From Ferroglobus placidus DSM 10642 (GTDB taxonomy: Archaea > Halobacteriota > Archaeoglobi > Archaeoglobales > Archaeoglobaceae), in NCBI RefSeq assembly GCF_000025505.1, contig NC_013849.1, positions 30,001 through 62,000 on the forward strand: a stretch of DNA of 32,000 nucleotides. The letters run 5' to 3'. Position 1 is the first letter of the stretch. Each line of letters opens with the position of its first letter. This document shows, piece by piece, positions 1 through 8,933 of the stretch. The notes beneath the pieces were generated by a model. The model was given only the letters and a program-made list of their open reading frames with translations. It searched no databases and was not told the origin of the DNA. The position numbers and the translations under genes were made by a program.

Positions 1-1
1 G

Positions 2-211
2 ATGGTAACTTTCGGATACGTAACCCTTCCGCTTGCGATAATCTATGGTTTGGTGTTCGCAATAGTCTTTGCGATCGGAAAGGTGATTTTAAGAATAAAA
101 AAGAGCGATAGGGGGATAATTTACTACTGCATAGCAATAAGCTTACTTCTTTCTTTGATAGCTTATCTTACAATCCTGATCGGACTTTACAGTCTGCTTG
201 TTGGGGGATAG
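2..211 (+). CDS. Small membrane protein, likely the 3' part of an ORF cut by the window edge
   Basis: ORF 2..211 with two hydrophobic segments (LPLAIIYGLVFAIVFAIG; IIYYCIAISLLLSLIAYLTILIGLYSLLVGG). The true start may lie outside the window. Confidence 0.5.
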   Translation: MVTFGYVTLPLAIIYGLVFAIVFAIGKVILRIKKSDRGIIYYCIAISLLLSLIAYLTILIGLYSLLVGG

Positions 212-212
212 A

Positions 213-1139
213 ATGATCGAGCTGTGGCGAGATGATCTGATTTACTGGGTTAAGGATGTTGTTATTTCAGAGAAAGGTGTTGTAGCTCTATCACACGGTG
301 CAGTTTACTACTACAATCACGAAGGTGAGCTTTGCTGGGAGGAAGATATAGATGCAACTTCAATCTCACCACACGGCGATGGGATGATTGCTGGATGCGA
401 GGATGGGGAGGTATACTGTTTTGATAATGGTGGAAAAGAGCTCTGGAGATGTGATGTTGGAGAAAAAATTAAGAAAGTCTGTTCTGCAAGCTCTATAACC
501 TGTGCTGCAACTTCAAAGGGGAAAATAATCATTATTAAAAAAGGAAAAATATTGTGGGAATACAAGGCAGGAAGGAAAATTGATGATGTTGCCATTTTCC
601 CTGAGCTGTATGCTGCTGTGATAGCAAAAGACCTCATTACTGGCAGAGTCTTGTTATTTGATGTTTCCGGCAGGATTCTCTGGAATTCAAAAATAAATAC
701 TCATATCGGAGAAGCTTCCTTAGACATCTCTTCAAGATTGATTGTAGTGGGAACTCTGCAAGGAGTCTATCTGTTTGAGAAAAATGGGGATAGAGTATGG
801 AGAAATGCCCTGAGCGGGATCAGAAGTGTAGCAATAACCTCTGACGGAAAATATATTGCAGCGGGAGCCGTTGATGGCAAAGCTTATCTCCTAAGCTATA
901 GGGGAAAAATCGTTTGGAAAAAAGTACTCTCTAGTGCCGTGAGAAAAGTTCTGGTAACTGATGAGGGAAACTATGTATGTAATGACGGGAAAGGTCTCCG
1001 TATTTTCAATCCTCAGGGAGCACTGATATGGAAATTCGAGGGAGATGTTAGCGCTTTTGACATAACCCCTGACCTCTCGAAAATCGTCATTGGCAAAGAA
1101 GATGGTCAACTTATTTTGTTTGGATGGGATGGCAAATGA
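213..1139 (+). CDS. WD40/PQQ-like beta-propeller protein, apparently cytoplasmic
   Basis: ORF 198..1139, preferred ATG at 213. About seven repeats of a G-x2-(I/L/V)-W motif (GELCW, GKELW, GKILW, GRILW, GDRVW, GKIVW, GALIW) spaced ~40 aa. No signal peptide. Confidence 0.75.
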   Translation: MIELWRDDLIYWVKDVVISEKGVVALSHGAVYYYNHEGELCWEEDIDATSISPHGDGMIAGCEDGEVYCFDNGGKELWRCDVGEKIKKVCSASSITCAATSKGKIIIIKKGKILWEYKAGRKIDDVAIFPELYAAVIAKDLITGRVLLFDVSGRILWNSKINTHIGEASLDISSRLIVVGTLQGVYLFEKNGDRVWRNALSGIRSVAITSDGKYIAAGAVDGKAYLLSYRGKIVWKKVLSSAVRKVLVTDEGNYVCNDGKGLRIFNPQGALIWKFEGDVSAFDITPDLSKIVIGKEDGQLILFGWDGK

Positions 1140-1879
1140 TGACTAAAATGAACATAACTATACTTGCAATACTGTTTCTCTTTGTTTTTCCAGCAACCGC
1201 TTTACCCGAGATAAACTTCAACAAAATTCTTTATTTCGATAGCGTAGGTGAAAGCGAGACCCTGAACATCTCTCTCCTGAATGGCTCACCTCTCAGCGAG
1301 CTGACCATCACATTGTATTACAAGAAGGGAATAGAATTAACAAACATAACCTCTGCCTATCCAATCCTGAAAAAGGAATTAAACGAGGAAAATGGAAAAT
1401 TTCACCTCTTCTTAAACTTTCTTACGAAAAACCTCACGGACAACGAAACGGTCATTGCTTCAATTGAAATCAAAGCACTTTCTAAAGGATATTTTCCCAT
1501 GAAGATTGAGGCGTCTGGGCGCTATGAAAACGGGACAACCGTTGACGTTCTCGAAAGGTATTATAGTGTAGAGGTAATATCGGGAGAAGAGAATATCCCC
1601 GAAGCTCAGACTGTAGTGGGTCCTTTATTGATGTTTATGGTGATATTCGGTATGGTCGTTAGTATAGCGATAGTTGCCGGAGTGTTAACACTGCCGATTC
1701 TTATCGTTTACGCTGTCTTGAAAGCAAAAGGAAGAAATATCGATGTTAGATACCTCATCATTGCTTTTGTGTTTGTTCTGCTCTTGGCCTTTACGATGAT
1801 ATTTTGGGGTGTTGTGTATGGGCAAGCTGAAGTTCTTTCTGGCAGCAGTAATTTTGCTTGCTCTGTGTGGGTGTATTGA
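1139..1879 (+). CDS. Secreted/membrane-anchored protein of unknown function (signal peptide, beta-rich extracellular domain, C-terminal TM helices)
   Basis: MTKMNITILAILFLFVFPATALPE signal-like N-terminus, N-glycosylation-type sequons, hydrophobic segments near the C-terminus. Start overlaps the preceding stop (ATGATG). Confidence 0.65.
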   Translation: MTKMNITILAILFLFVFPATALPEINFNKILYFDSVGESETLNISLLNGSPLSELTITLYYKKGIELTNITSAYPILKKELNEENGKFHLFLNFLTKNLTDNETVIASIEIKALSKGYFPMKIEASGRYENGTTVDVLERYYSVEVISGEENIPEAQTVVGPLLMFMVIFGMVVSIAIVAGVLTLPILIVYAVLKAKGRNIDVRYLIIAFVFVLLLAFTMIFWGVVYGQAEVLSGSSNFACSVWVY

Positions 1880-2882
1880 GGAGAAGCAATCTGCAACCCA
1901 TGTGAATTTCGAACTGATATCGGTAATGAAAGATAACTCCACTTACAAAGCGGTTGTATTTATCAAATCAATTGAGCGTAATAAATCCATTCCTGTTTCA
2001 GCTTTCCTCGTAAAAACAAAAAACAAGATGTTCTCTTTGGATTCAGAAAATGTCTGGGTTCCTGGTTCAGGGAGAATGAGCAGCATTGAAACGGGGAAAA
2101 TTTTCGTCGTTAATTTAAGCGAAAACGACGGATATTTCTGGATATACCCGGCTCACCACAATTCAAGAGTACTGGGTTATCTCCTGGTAGCTTTAACCAA
2201 CTTATCGGAAAAAGAGATTAAAGAGATTCCAATCCCACTGAAACCTCCTGTATTTCCCAGACATTCAGTGGCTTATAAGAACGGAAAGCTTTTCCTGCTT
2301 GACAATACGATTTTTGGAAAAGCTGGGGATGTGATTGATGAGTTTAAAGAAGTAGAAATTAATGAGACCCGCAATCTAAGTTTGAAAAAAGGGTATTCTC
2401 TTAAAAGGATAGTTCTTGGAGTTAGAGGTGCTGACGTGCATGAAATTGTGGTTGCTGTTCACAACAACAGCGGTTTCTGGGTGGAGCCCGGAAATTACGA
2501 GCAGGGAGCTTTTCTCTTCGCTCCGATTGATAGCTCTGAAAAAGCAATAGAGTATCTTAATTTCCTTATGTTCAAAACTCGATATTCCGTAGCAGGCAGA
2601 ACTGCATTCTGGATTAAGAGTGAGGAGGAGTTAAAAAATATTGTCGCTGAAATGGAAAGACATGCATCAGAATTAGGAAGAAAGCTGTTAGTACTAGAGC
2701 ATCCTCCTGTGAATTTTACAGAAGTAAAAGAGTTAAATCAAGCATTTTTGGTCAGAGAGATATACTATACTAAATACCCGGAAAGTATTCGGTATCTGGA
2801 AGCTTTAATTAATGAAAATGGGGAAGTGAAGATTGTGGCAGATCGTATTTGCATTAAAGGAGTTAATTATTCTATGACATAA
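1818..2882 (+). CDS. Predicted lipoprotein of unknown function
   Basis: MGKLKFFLAAVILLALCGCIEEKQ with lipobox-like LCGC; 5' end overlaps the preceding gene by ~62 nt. Confidence 0.65.
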   Translation: MGKLKFFLAAVILLALCGCIEEKQSATHVNFELISVMKDNSTYKAVVFIKSIERNKSIPVSAFLVKTKNKMFSLDSENVWVPGSGRMSSIETGKIFVVNLSENDGYFWIYPAHHNSRVLGYLLVALTNLSEKEIKEIPIPLKPPVFPRHSVAYKNGKLFLLDNTIFGKAGDVIDEFKEVEINETRNLSLKKGYSLKRIVLGVRGADVHEIVVAVHNNSGFWVEPGNYEQGAFLFAPIDSSEKAIEYLNFLMFKTRYSVAGRTAFWIKSEEELKNIVAEMERHASELGRKLLVLEHPPVNFTEVKELNQAFLVREIYYTKYPESIRYLEALINENGEVKIVADRICIKGVNYSMT

Positions 2883-3056
2883 CTCTAAAAACTAAAAAGA
2901 GCGAATTGTTTCAAAAAGTGAAACGAACTCCAGTACAACCGATTTAAGGGTATTATCGAAGAGTGAAAGAAAATCCTCGTTCGTAGAATCTAATCTTTAG
3001 TTCTTTAGTTGGTATTCCATACAGAAAATTTTATAGGAGACTAAGTTAAATTATTA

Positions 3057-4454
3057 ATGATGGTAGATATCGCTTTGATAAATCCTCGTGGCAGATTCGA
3101 GCTGGCTGAAGAGCTGAATTTCATCTCTCCACCGCTTGGATTGGCGTATCTTGCAGCAGTTCTCAGAATGGAAGGATACAAAGTAAAAATAGTGGATGCG
3201 ATGGCTGAAAGGCTTGAGATAGGAGAAGTTTTGAAGAAAATTAAAGACTGCTTCCTCGTAGGAATTACCGCGACAACTCCTCTTTTCAAAAGATCTTTAG
3301 AGTACGTGAGGGAAATAAAGAAAGCGTTTCCGGAAAAATTCGTTATTCTCGGAGGGGTTCACGTAACTTACAGACCTGCTGAGGGATTAAGAGAAGCTGA
3401 TGCTGTTTGCATAGGCGAGGGAGAGAAAACCATCGTTGAAGTTGCTGAAAGGGTTGAGAGTGGAAGAAGCTTGGAAGGTGTGAGAGGAATTTGGTGGAGA
3501 AAAGATAAAAAGATCGTTAGGAATTTGCCGAGGGAGCCTATTTTTGATCTCGATGCTCTTCCTTTTCCAGCTTTCGATCTTCTTCCCCTTAACAAGTACA
3601 GCTTTATGGAAAGACGGCTTGAAGAGTTTCCGATGATCACCTCTCGCGGCTGCCCCTTTTCATGCCTTTACTGCGTCTCCTCTAAATTTTTTGGTAGGAG
3701 GTACAGAAGTAGAAGTGCGGAAAACGTTGTGGAGGAAATGAAATGGCTGGAAGATGAATTTAACGCTAAACACATCGCTTTCAGCGACGACACCTTCACT
3801 TTAAGCAAAAAAAGGGTTGAGAGCATTTGTGAAAAAATAAAAGAAGAGGGTGTGGATTTAACCTGGAGCTGCGCCTCAAGAGCGGACACAATTGACAGAG
3901 AGCTCGTGAGGATTATGAAGAGGGCGGGATGCACCAGGATGTACTTCGGAGTTGAATCAGCGAGCGAGAGAATTCTAAACTTCTACAGAAAAAAGCTCGA
4001 TATAAAAGCGGTGGAAAGGGCAATAAGGATTTGCAAGGAGGAGGGAATAGAGACGGTGTGCTCATTCATAATAGGCGCTCCAGATGAAAGCGAGGAAGAA
4101 ATGAAGAGAACTTTGAAACTCGCGATGAAACTCGACCCTGACTACGCTCAATTTTCGATCCTCACTCCCTACCCAGGCACCGAGCTTTACGAGATCGCCG
4201 AGAAAGAAAATCTACTAATTACGAAGAATTACGAGGACTACACCGCCGGAAAACCCGTTATGAGAAACGCTCATTTAAGTCCTGAGAGGATTAAAGAGTT
4301 TCTAAACTACTGCTACATGAAGTTTTACGCTCGTCCGAAATATCTCTTCAAAATGGTCTCATCTAAGAACTTCAAACTCGTTTACAGCATAATAAAACGG
4401 CTACTTTTACCGAAAAACGTGTTCAGCCAGTCTATTGCCGAAAAATTAGGTTGA
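3057..4454 (+). CDS. B12-binding domain radical SAM protein
   Basis: N-terminal cobalamin-binding-like domain (NPRGRFELAEELNFISPPLGLAYLAAVLR) and radical SAM CxxxCxxC motif (GCPFSCLYCVSS). Confidence 0.9.
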   Translation: MMVDIALINPRGRFELAEELNFISPPLGLAYLAAVLRMEGYKVKIVDAMAERLEIGEVLKKIKDCFLVGITATTPLFKRSLEYVREIKKAFPEKFVILGGVHVTYRPAEGLREADAVCIGEGEKTIVEVAERVESGRSLEGVRGIWWRKDKKIVRNLPREPIFDLDALPFPAFDLLPLNKYSFMERRLEEFPMITSRGCPFSCLYCVSSKFFGRRYRSRSAENVVEEMKWLEDEFNAKHIAFSDDTFTLSKKRVESICEKIKEEGVDLTWSCASRADTIDRELVRIMKRAGCTRMYFGVESASERILNFYRKKLDIKAVERAIRICKEEGIETVCSFIIGAPDESEEEMKRTLKLAMKLDPDYAQFSILTPYPGTELYEIAEKENLLITKNYEDYTAGKPVMRNAHLSPERIKEFLNYCYMKFYARPKYLFKMVSSKNFKLVYSIIKRLLLPKNVFSQSIAEKLG

Positions 4455-5594
4455 TTATCTAATCCTAACTGCAAACATGTCGGCTACGAAAGCGAGTATT
4501 GCGAAAGTAAATAGCACTCCTCCGGCTATAGAAGTTTGGGGAATAACTAAAAGTATTACCCCGAGAGGTGATACGTAAAGAGCGAACTTTCCGATTTTTA
4601 TGTTAAATAAATCAGCTATCATCGGCACATCTTCAACTCCAAGCTTGTCGGCATACTTCTCCATCCACGTAATCATCGGGATGATATGATATTCTGCCCC
4701 AACGATCGTCAGAGCTATCCAGCCGGCTAAAAGAAGGTGAGAGTGCTGGAAAGTTAGATCGAAGAATAAGTTCAGCGGAGCCAAAGTGATTCCAGCGAGT
4801 CCGAAAATTAACGCTACAACGAAAAACTTCACGCTTATATCAAGCTCAGCTTCGCTCTCCGGCTTAGAAGCGAGAGTAAGTAAGAGATTTAAAGCTAACA
4901 GGTAAAAGCTGAGGACGAACAAGGATCCGAAGAACAAAAGTGCCTTTTCTGAATACGTGAAACTGTAAATCATCCCGATGAGAGCAACATTTGAGATCAC
5001 GAACGTTACCCAAGCAAGTTTCTGACTTTTGAGCTTTCTTAAAGAGAGCATCGGAAACAACTCGTAAAGTCCTCCGAAAGTAGTTAGCCCTATCCACCCT
5101 GCAGCTAAGATGTGAGCGTGAACGCGGATGTTGAAAGTGAAAACTCCCAAGAATGCTAAAAGCGCATACGTTATTCCTGCTAAGTAGTAAATTATGGCTA
5201 CAGCAAAAAACCACACCGCTACGCTTGGAGAGAGTCTAGCGGAGGAGATCGTCAAAAAGATCACTATCGCGAACAATATCGCTCCAATTGTGTATATAGC
5301 TGCGGAAATCGAGAGATCTACAATACCGCGCATGGAAAGGGCTAAAAGCACCGTACCAAGATTTAGGAGGTAAAAGCTACCTTCAGCAAGGGCTTTCCCT
5401 CTCAATTCCGTCCCGAGTATCGTCGGAACTATTTGATACATCGCTCCTACGATTGTCAAGCTTACGAAGCCTGCAAGCATTAAATGAGAATGAACGGGTT
5501 TGAAGTAAAATCCAAAAAGGTTGAGAATTCCCAAAAAAGCCGCTACTACCAAGTAAACCAGAGCGGAGTATAGAAATTTTAAGGCTAAATTCAT
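4455..5594 (-). CDS. Polytopic membrane protein, heme-copper oxidase subunit I-like/NnrS-like, with three HxH repeats
   Basis: 379 aa, ~11-12 TM segments. Repeats: VHSHLMLAGFVSLTIVGAMYQIVPTI, VHAHILAAGWIGLTTFGGLYELFPML, QHSHLLLAGWIALTIVGAEYHIIPMI. Confidence 0.65.
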   Translation of the reverse strand: MNLALKFLYSALVYLVVAAFLGILNLFGFYFKPVHSHLMLAGFVSLTIVGAMYQIVPTILGTELRGKALAEGSFYLLNLGTVLLALSMRGIVDLSISAAIYTIGAILFAIVIFLTISSARLSPSVAVWFFAVAIIYYLAGITYALLAFLGVFTFNIRVHAHILAAGWIGLTTFGGLYELFPMLSLRKLKSQKLAWVTFVISNVALIGMIYSFTYSEKALLFFGSLFVLSFYLLALNLLLTLASKPESEAELDISVKFFVVALIFGLAGITLAPLNLFFDLTFQHSHLLLAGWIALTIVGAEYHIIPMITWMEKYADKLGVEDVPMIADLFNIKIGKFALYVSPLGVILLVIPQTSIAGGVLFTFAILAFVADMFAVRIR

Positions 5595-5595
5595 T

Positions 5596-5781
5596 TCAGA
5601 CCTCCTCTATCTCTCTGATAAGATCTTCAACCTTTAGTCCTCTAAATTCTGCCGCATCTTTAATCTTCACGTTACCTCCACAACAATCACAAATCCCGTA
5701 TTTAAAAAGGACCCTTTTAGCAGCGGGTTTTCTCCTTAAAACTTCTGCAACCGTCATATCCGGAGAGATCATATTAATCAC
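5596..5781 (-). CDS. ScdA_N/DUF1858-type small Cys-containing domain protein
   Basis: MTVAEVLRRKPAAKRVLFKYGICDCCGG resembles the N-terminal domain of RIC/ScdA iron-sulfur repair proteins (TVGEI...FxKYGIDFCCGG) and DUF1858. Confidence 0.7.
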   Translation of the reverse strand: MINMISPDMTVAEVLRRKPAAKRVLFKYGICDCCGGNVKIKDAAEFRGLKVEDLIREIEEV

Positions 5782-6274
5782 CTTCCACCTTTATGTACCT
5801 CGTAACGTCGACAATTCCTCCCTTTCTCCTCTTCTTTTCAGCGAGTATCTTCATAACTTCCTCGTACTTATCTCCCAAGCACTTTTCAGCGTAGCTGCAC
5901 CACTCTACGCAGCTGTCTATTTCGAATATTACTTCCTTTCCACAGTTCTCGCAAACACCTTTTATTTCGTCCGTCCACCTTTCAATGTCAGCTCCGCAGT
6001 AGGGACATTTCACGATCTCGAGGGAAGGTCTGAAGATCGTCGATACCCCCGGACAGCTTCCCGGAATGATCTCCGGCTCTCTTATTTCAAGTTTTACGTA
6101 TCCGTCTTCCTCTTTATACTTTACGATATATCCTTCATCGTGAAGTTTCTTTATCAAAGCTTCGGGTTTCGTTTCTATGATAACGTCCAAGTTACCTACC
6201 TCGCGAACTTTCTCAAGAATTAAACTGAACCTCTTGTCTCTGTCCATTCCCCTTACATCCAAAACCTCTACCAT
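5774..6274 (-). CDS. DUF2249 domain protein with C-terminal zinc-ribbon/Cys-rich extension
   Basis: LDVRGMDRDKRFSLILEKVREVG (DUF2249-like) followed by CPYCGAD..CENCG and CVEWCSYAEKCLG. Preferred ATG at 6274 (MVEVLDVRG). Confidence 0.7.
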   Translation of the reverse strand: MVEVLDVRGMDRDKRFSLILEKVREVGNLDVIIETKPEALIKKLHDEGYIVKYKEEDGYVKLEIREPEIIPGSCPGVSTIFRPSLEIVKCPYCGADIERWTDEIKGVCENCGKEVIFEIDSCVEWCSYAEKCLGDKYEEVMKILAEKKRRKGGIVDVTRYIKVEGD

Positions 6275-6276
6275 GC

Positions 6277-6486
6277 TTAAGCCCTCCTTATTCGAACAAT
6301 CCACTTCTCACCATCAAACTTCGACTCGCAAACGTAACCTTTCTCCTTCAGCATAGCCATCAACGGCTTAGGCTCAACCTCGACTATCAATTCCAGCTCC
6401 CCATGCTCTTGCAGTTTCTTCATAACGAGGGGCGGTCTTTCTGGATGGGGCAAACCTCTAACGTCGAGCCTCTCCATAACCATCAC
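6277..6486 (-). CDS. DUF2249 domain protein
   Basis: MERLDVRGLPHPERPPLVMKKLQEHGELELIVEVEPKPLMAMLKEKGY matches the DUF2249 (LDvRgl.pPep...) pattern. Confidence 0.7.
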   Translation of the reverse strand: MMVMERLDVRGLPHPERPPLVMKKLQEHGELELIVEVEPKPLMAMLKEKGYVCESKFDGEKWIVRIRRA

Positions 6487-6755
6487 TTCGTGAGTAACTC
6501 GTTAAGCTCTTCCTCCTTCACGTATCCGGTAACTTTTACCTTCGCTTTAACTCCCAAATCTTCCACACTTCGCTTTATAGCAAAAGCGAGCTGCTGACCT
6601 ATTGGACAGAAAGGCGAGGAAGGTCGGAACGTGATGTGAACTTCGTTATCCTTAACTTCAAGTTCCTCGATCAGTCCCATATCCCAAACATTCTGTCTCG
6701 TGTGGGGGTCTATAACCTTCTTCAATCTCTCAACTACTTCCTCTTTACTTACCAT
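6483..6755 (-). CDS. MIP18/DUF59 family (PaaD-like, metal-sulfur cluster assembly) protein
   Basis: VVERLKKVIDPHTRQNVWDMGLIEELEVKDNEVHITFRPSSPFCPIGQQLAFAIK is typical of the DUF59 family. Confidence 0.85.
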   Translation of the reverse strand: MVSKEEVVERLKKVIDPHTRQNVWDMGLIEELEVKDNEVHITFRPSSPFCPIGQQLAFAIKRSVEDLGVKAKVKVTGYVKEEELNELLTK

Positions 6756-6816
6756 GTCCTACCACCAAAGAATCTTTGTTCTCAAAATATAATAGCCTAC
6801 TCCCGAAAAACTTAGG

Positions 6817-7485
6817 TTAGTCGATGAGAAGATATTTTCTCAGCTCATCTTCGAAGTTTTCTTCAATTACGCTCACAATTTTCCCGCTCAGTATGCTGTA
6901 AACTCTCGCTACATACGGTAGAATACTTTCAACTCTTTCGTGGGTTATAATAGCTATCCCCATCTCTTTCGATTTTTCTACGAGGATTTTCAGAACTCTC
7001 TCGAAAACTTTTTCCGACAGTCCGGCGAAAGGCTCGTCTAAAAGCAGATACTTCGGCTTCGAAATAAGGCTTCTCGCCAAAACCACAAGTTGCCTTTCTC
7101 CCCCACTCAAATTTCCAGCTTTTAGCTTTAGAAGCTTTTTCAGTTCTGGAAAAAGCTTTAAAGCCTCGTTGATGTCTCCGGTAATCTTTAAATTTTCTTT
7201 TACGCTGAGGTTTTCTGCGACCCTCATTCTTTCTGGAGAGTAGACTACGCCAAGCCTAAACCGCTCATGAGCTTTCATTTTACTCGCATCAACACCATCG
7301 ACGATAACGCTCCCGCCGTGTTTTAATATTCCGGCGATGCATTTAAAAAAAGTAGTTTTTCCGCTTCCGTTCGGTCCGAGCAGCAGCACGATCTCTCCTT
7401 TTCTCAATTCAATGTAGCAGTTCTCGAGCACTCTTTTTCCGTCAGCGTAGTAGCTTATTCTTTCAGCTTTCAACAATTTTTCCAC
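6817..7485 (-). CDS. livF: Branched-chain amino-acid type ABC transporter ATP-binding protein (LivF-like)
   Basis: Walker A GPNGSGKT, signature LSGGERQ, Walker B LLLDEPF; fifth in a K-H-M-G-F operon. Confidence 0.85.
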   Translation of the reverse strand: MEKLLKAERISYYADGKRVLENCYIELRKGEIVLLLGPNGSGKTTFFKCIAGILKHGGSVIVDGVDASKMKAHERFRLGVVYSPERMRVAENLSVKENLKITGDINEALKLFPELKKLLKLKAGNLSGGERQLVVLARSLISKPKYLLLDEPFAGLSEKVFERVLKILVEKSKEMGIAIITHERVESILPYVARVYSILSGKIVSVIEENFEDELRKYLLID

Positions 7486-8107
7486 CCTCCATTTTCAGAA
7501 AGCGATCAGCCAGGTTTGCGAGAATTCTTTTTCTGTGGGAGGTTATAATCATCGTTAAACCTTCTTCTTTTAGCTTTTCTACTTTCTCCCTAACTCTAAA
7601 GACGTTTTCCACATCAAGTCCAGCGAAAGGCTCGTCTAAAAGAAGAACTCTCGGATTCGTTGCATAAGCTTTCAGAATCTCAAGAAGCCTTGACTCCCCG
7701 TGGGAGATAAACTCGACCTTCCTATCTGCTATATACTCAAGACCCCACTCTTTGAGCATTTTTCTCGCAAGCTCGAAAGACTCTTCAACGCTGTGGTAGT
7801 TCATCAAAACAACTGCCAGGTTTTCCAAGGCAGTCATCTCTCTAAAATTTCTCGGAATCTGAAAGGCGTAAACAACTCCGAGCTTGACCATTTTTTCCGG
7901 AGGTAGTGCCGTTACGTTCAAGTCGTCGAGAAAGACTTTTCCGCAGCTTGGCTTTTCTATTCCGGCTATTATCTTCATTAAAGTACTCTTTCCGCTTCCG
8001 TTCGGTCCGAACAGTCCGAGAGTTTCCCCTTCTTCAAGATCGAAGCTCACGTTTTTGAGTATCATAACCCTTCCCTTAGACTTTGAGACGTTCCTGACCT
8101 TTAGCAT
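7463..8107 (-). CDS. livG: Branched-chain amino-acid type ABC transporter ATP-binding protein (LivG-like)
   Basis: MLKVRNVSKSKG..GPNGSGKSTLMK, VLLLDEPFAGLD. Signature region is ISHGESR, typical of some LivG proteins. Start chosen at M6 of the supplied ORF. Confidence 0.85.
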   Translation of the reverse strand: MLKVRNVSKSKGRVMILKNVSFDLEEGETLGLFGPNGSGKSTLMKIIAGIEKPSCGKVFLDDLNVTALPPEKMVKLGVVYAFQIPRNFREMTALENLAVVLMNYHSVEESFELARKMLKEWGLEYIADRKVEFISHGESRLLEILKAYATNPRVLLLDEPFAGLDVENVFRVREKVEKLKEEGLTMIITSHRKRILANLADRFLKMEGGKIVES

Positions 8108-8933
8108 ACACCCACCCGCCAATTTTCGGAGAGAGAATTAAAAGCATTGCATAAAGAAGAAGATGCGCTCCGGTAAGCAAAGCGTTCAGATAATTCGAGA
8201 CTACGAAGAGGGCTATAGAAGTAAGGGCTATGTACTCTTTTCTACCTCCGGTAACCACGTAGGAAATAAAGGGGAATATGCTTATCTCAAGGGAAAAAAT
8301 TTCTGGAGACACGTGGGAGAAGTATAAAGCGAGGCACAAACCTGCAAAAGATCCTATCGCAGAGGAGATTAGTGAAGTCGTCAGCTTAACTTTTTCGACT
8401 TCAATTCCCACTGCTCTCGATGCGAGTTCGTCCGATTTTATCGCTTTAGCGAAGTAACCGAACTTACTCTTCAAAAAGCTCTCGAATGCTATCGCAGAAG
8501 CTACGAATAAAAATGCTGAGAAGAGCAAAGTTGGGAAGCTGTGTATAATGAAAAATCCCTCTTCCCCTCCTTTTTCTTCGATGACTATGTAGGGTGCGAT
8601 TACGTAGGATAGAAGCGAAAGTGTGAAGGTGGCGAAAACAAAAGCCGTTTTACCAGTTGTTCTCTTAAGAAAGTAAAAGAGAGTCGCGCTTAAGGGAATG
8701 GAAATTAGAAAGCCAGCTATAAGCGAGTTAAAAAGCAAATACGTTATCGCTGAAAGGTAAGCTGAAAAGCCAACGACGAAGGAGTGCCCCATACTTATTC
8801 TACCTTCGTTTTCGAGTATCGCCCACGAAATTGAGATCGTCGAATAAATTAACGCAAGACCGATGAGCCATGAAGTGTATCCTTTCAGAATAAAAGGAAG
8901 AATTGCTAAGGCGACGTATATCAGAACTCTCAA
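8076..8933 (-). CDS. livM: Branched-chain amino-acid type ABC permease (LivM-like)
   Basis: Polytopic; EGRISMGHSFVVGFSAYLSAI and AIKSDELASRAVGIEVEKVKL motifs. Confidence 0.85.
   Translation of the reverse strand: MRVLIYVALAILPFILKGYTSWLIGLALIYSTISISWAILENEGRISMGHSFVVGFSAYLSAITYLLFNSLIAGFLISIPLSATLFYFLKRTTGKTAFVFATFTLSLLSYVIAPYIVIEEKGGEEGFFIIHSFPTLLFSAFLFVASAIAFESFLKSKFGYFAKAIKSDELASRAVGIEVEKVKLTTSLISSAIGSFAGLCLALYFSHVSPEIFSLEISIFPFISYVVTGGRKEYIALTSIALFVVSNYLNALLTGAHLLLYAMLLILSPKIGGWVYAKGQERLKV

Noticed and set aside
2881-3056. Possible CRISPR-like or small RNA repeat in the AT-rich gap (GTTTC.../GAAAC-like strings, repeated TTAGTTCTTTAGTT)
   Set aside because: No regularly spaced repeat units of CRISPR length; only a short hairpin and a short tandem similarity.
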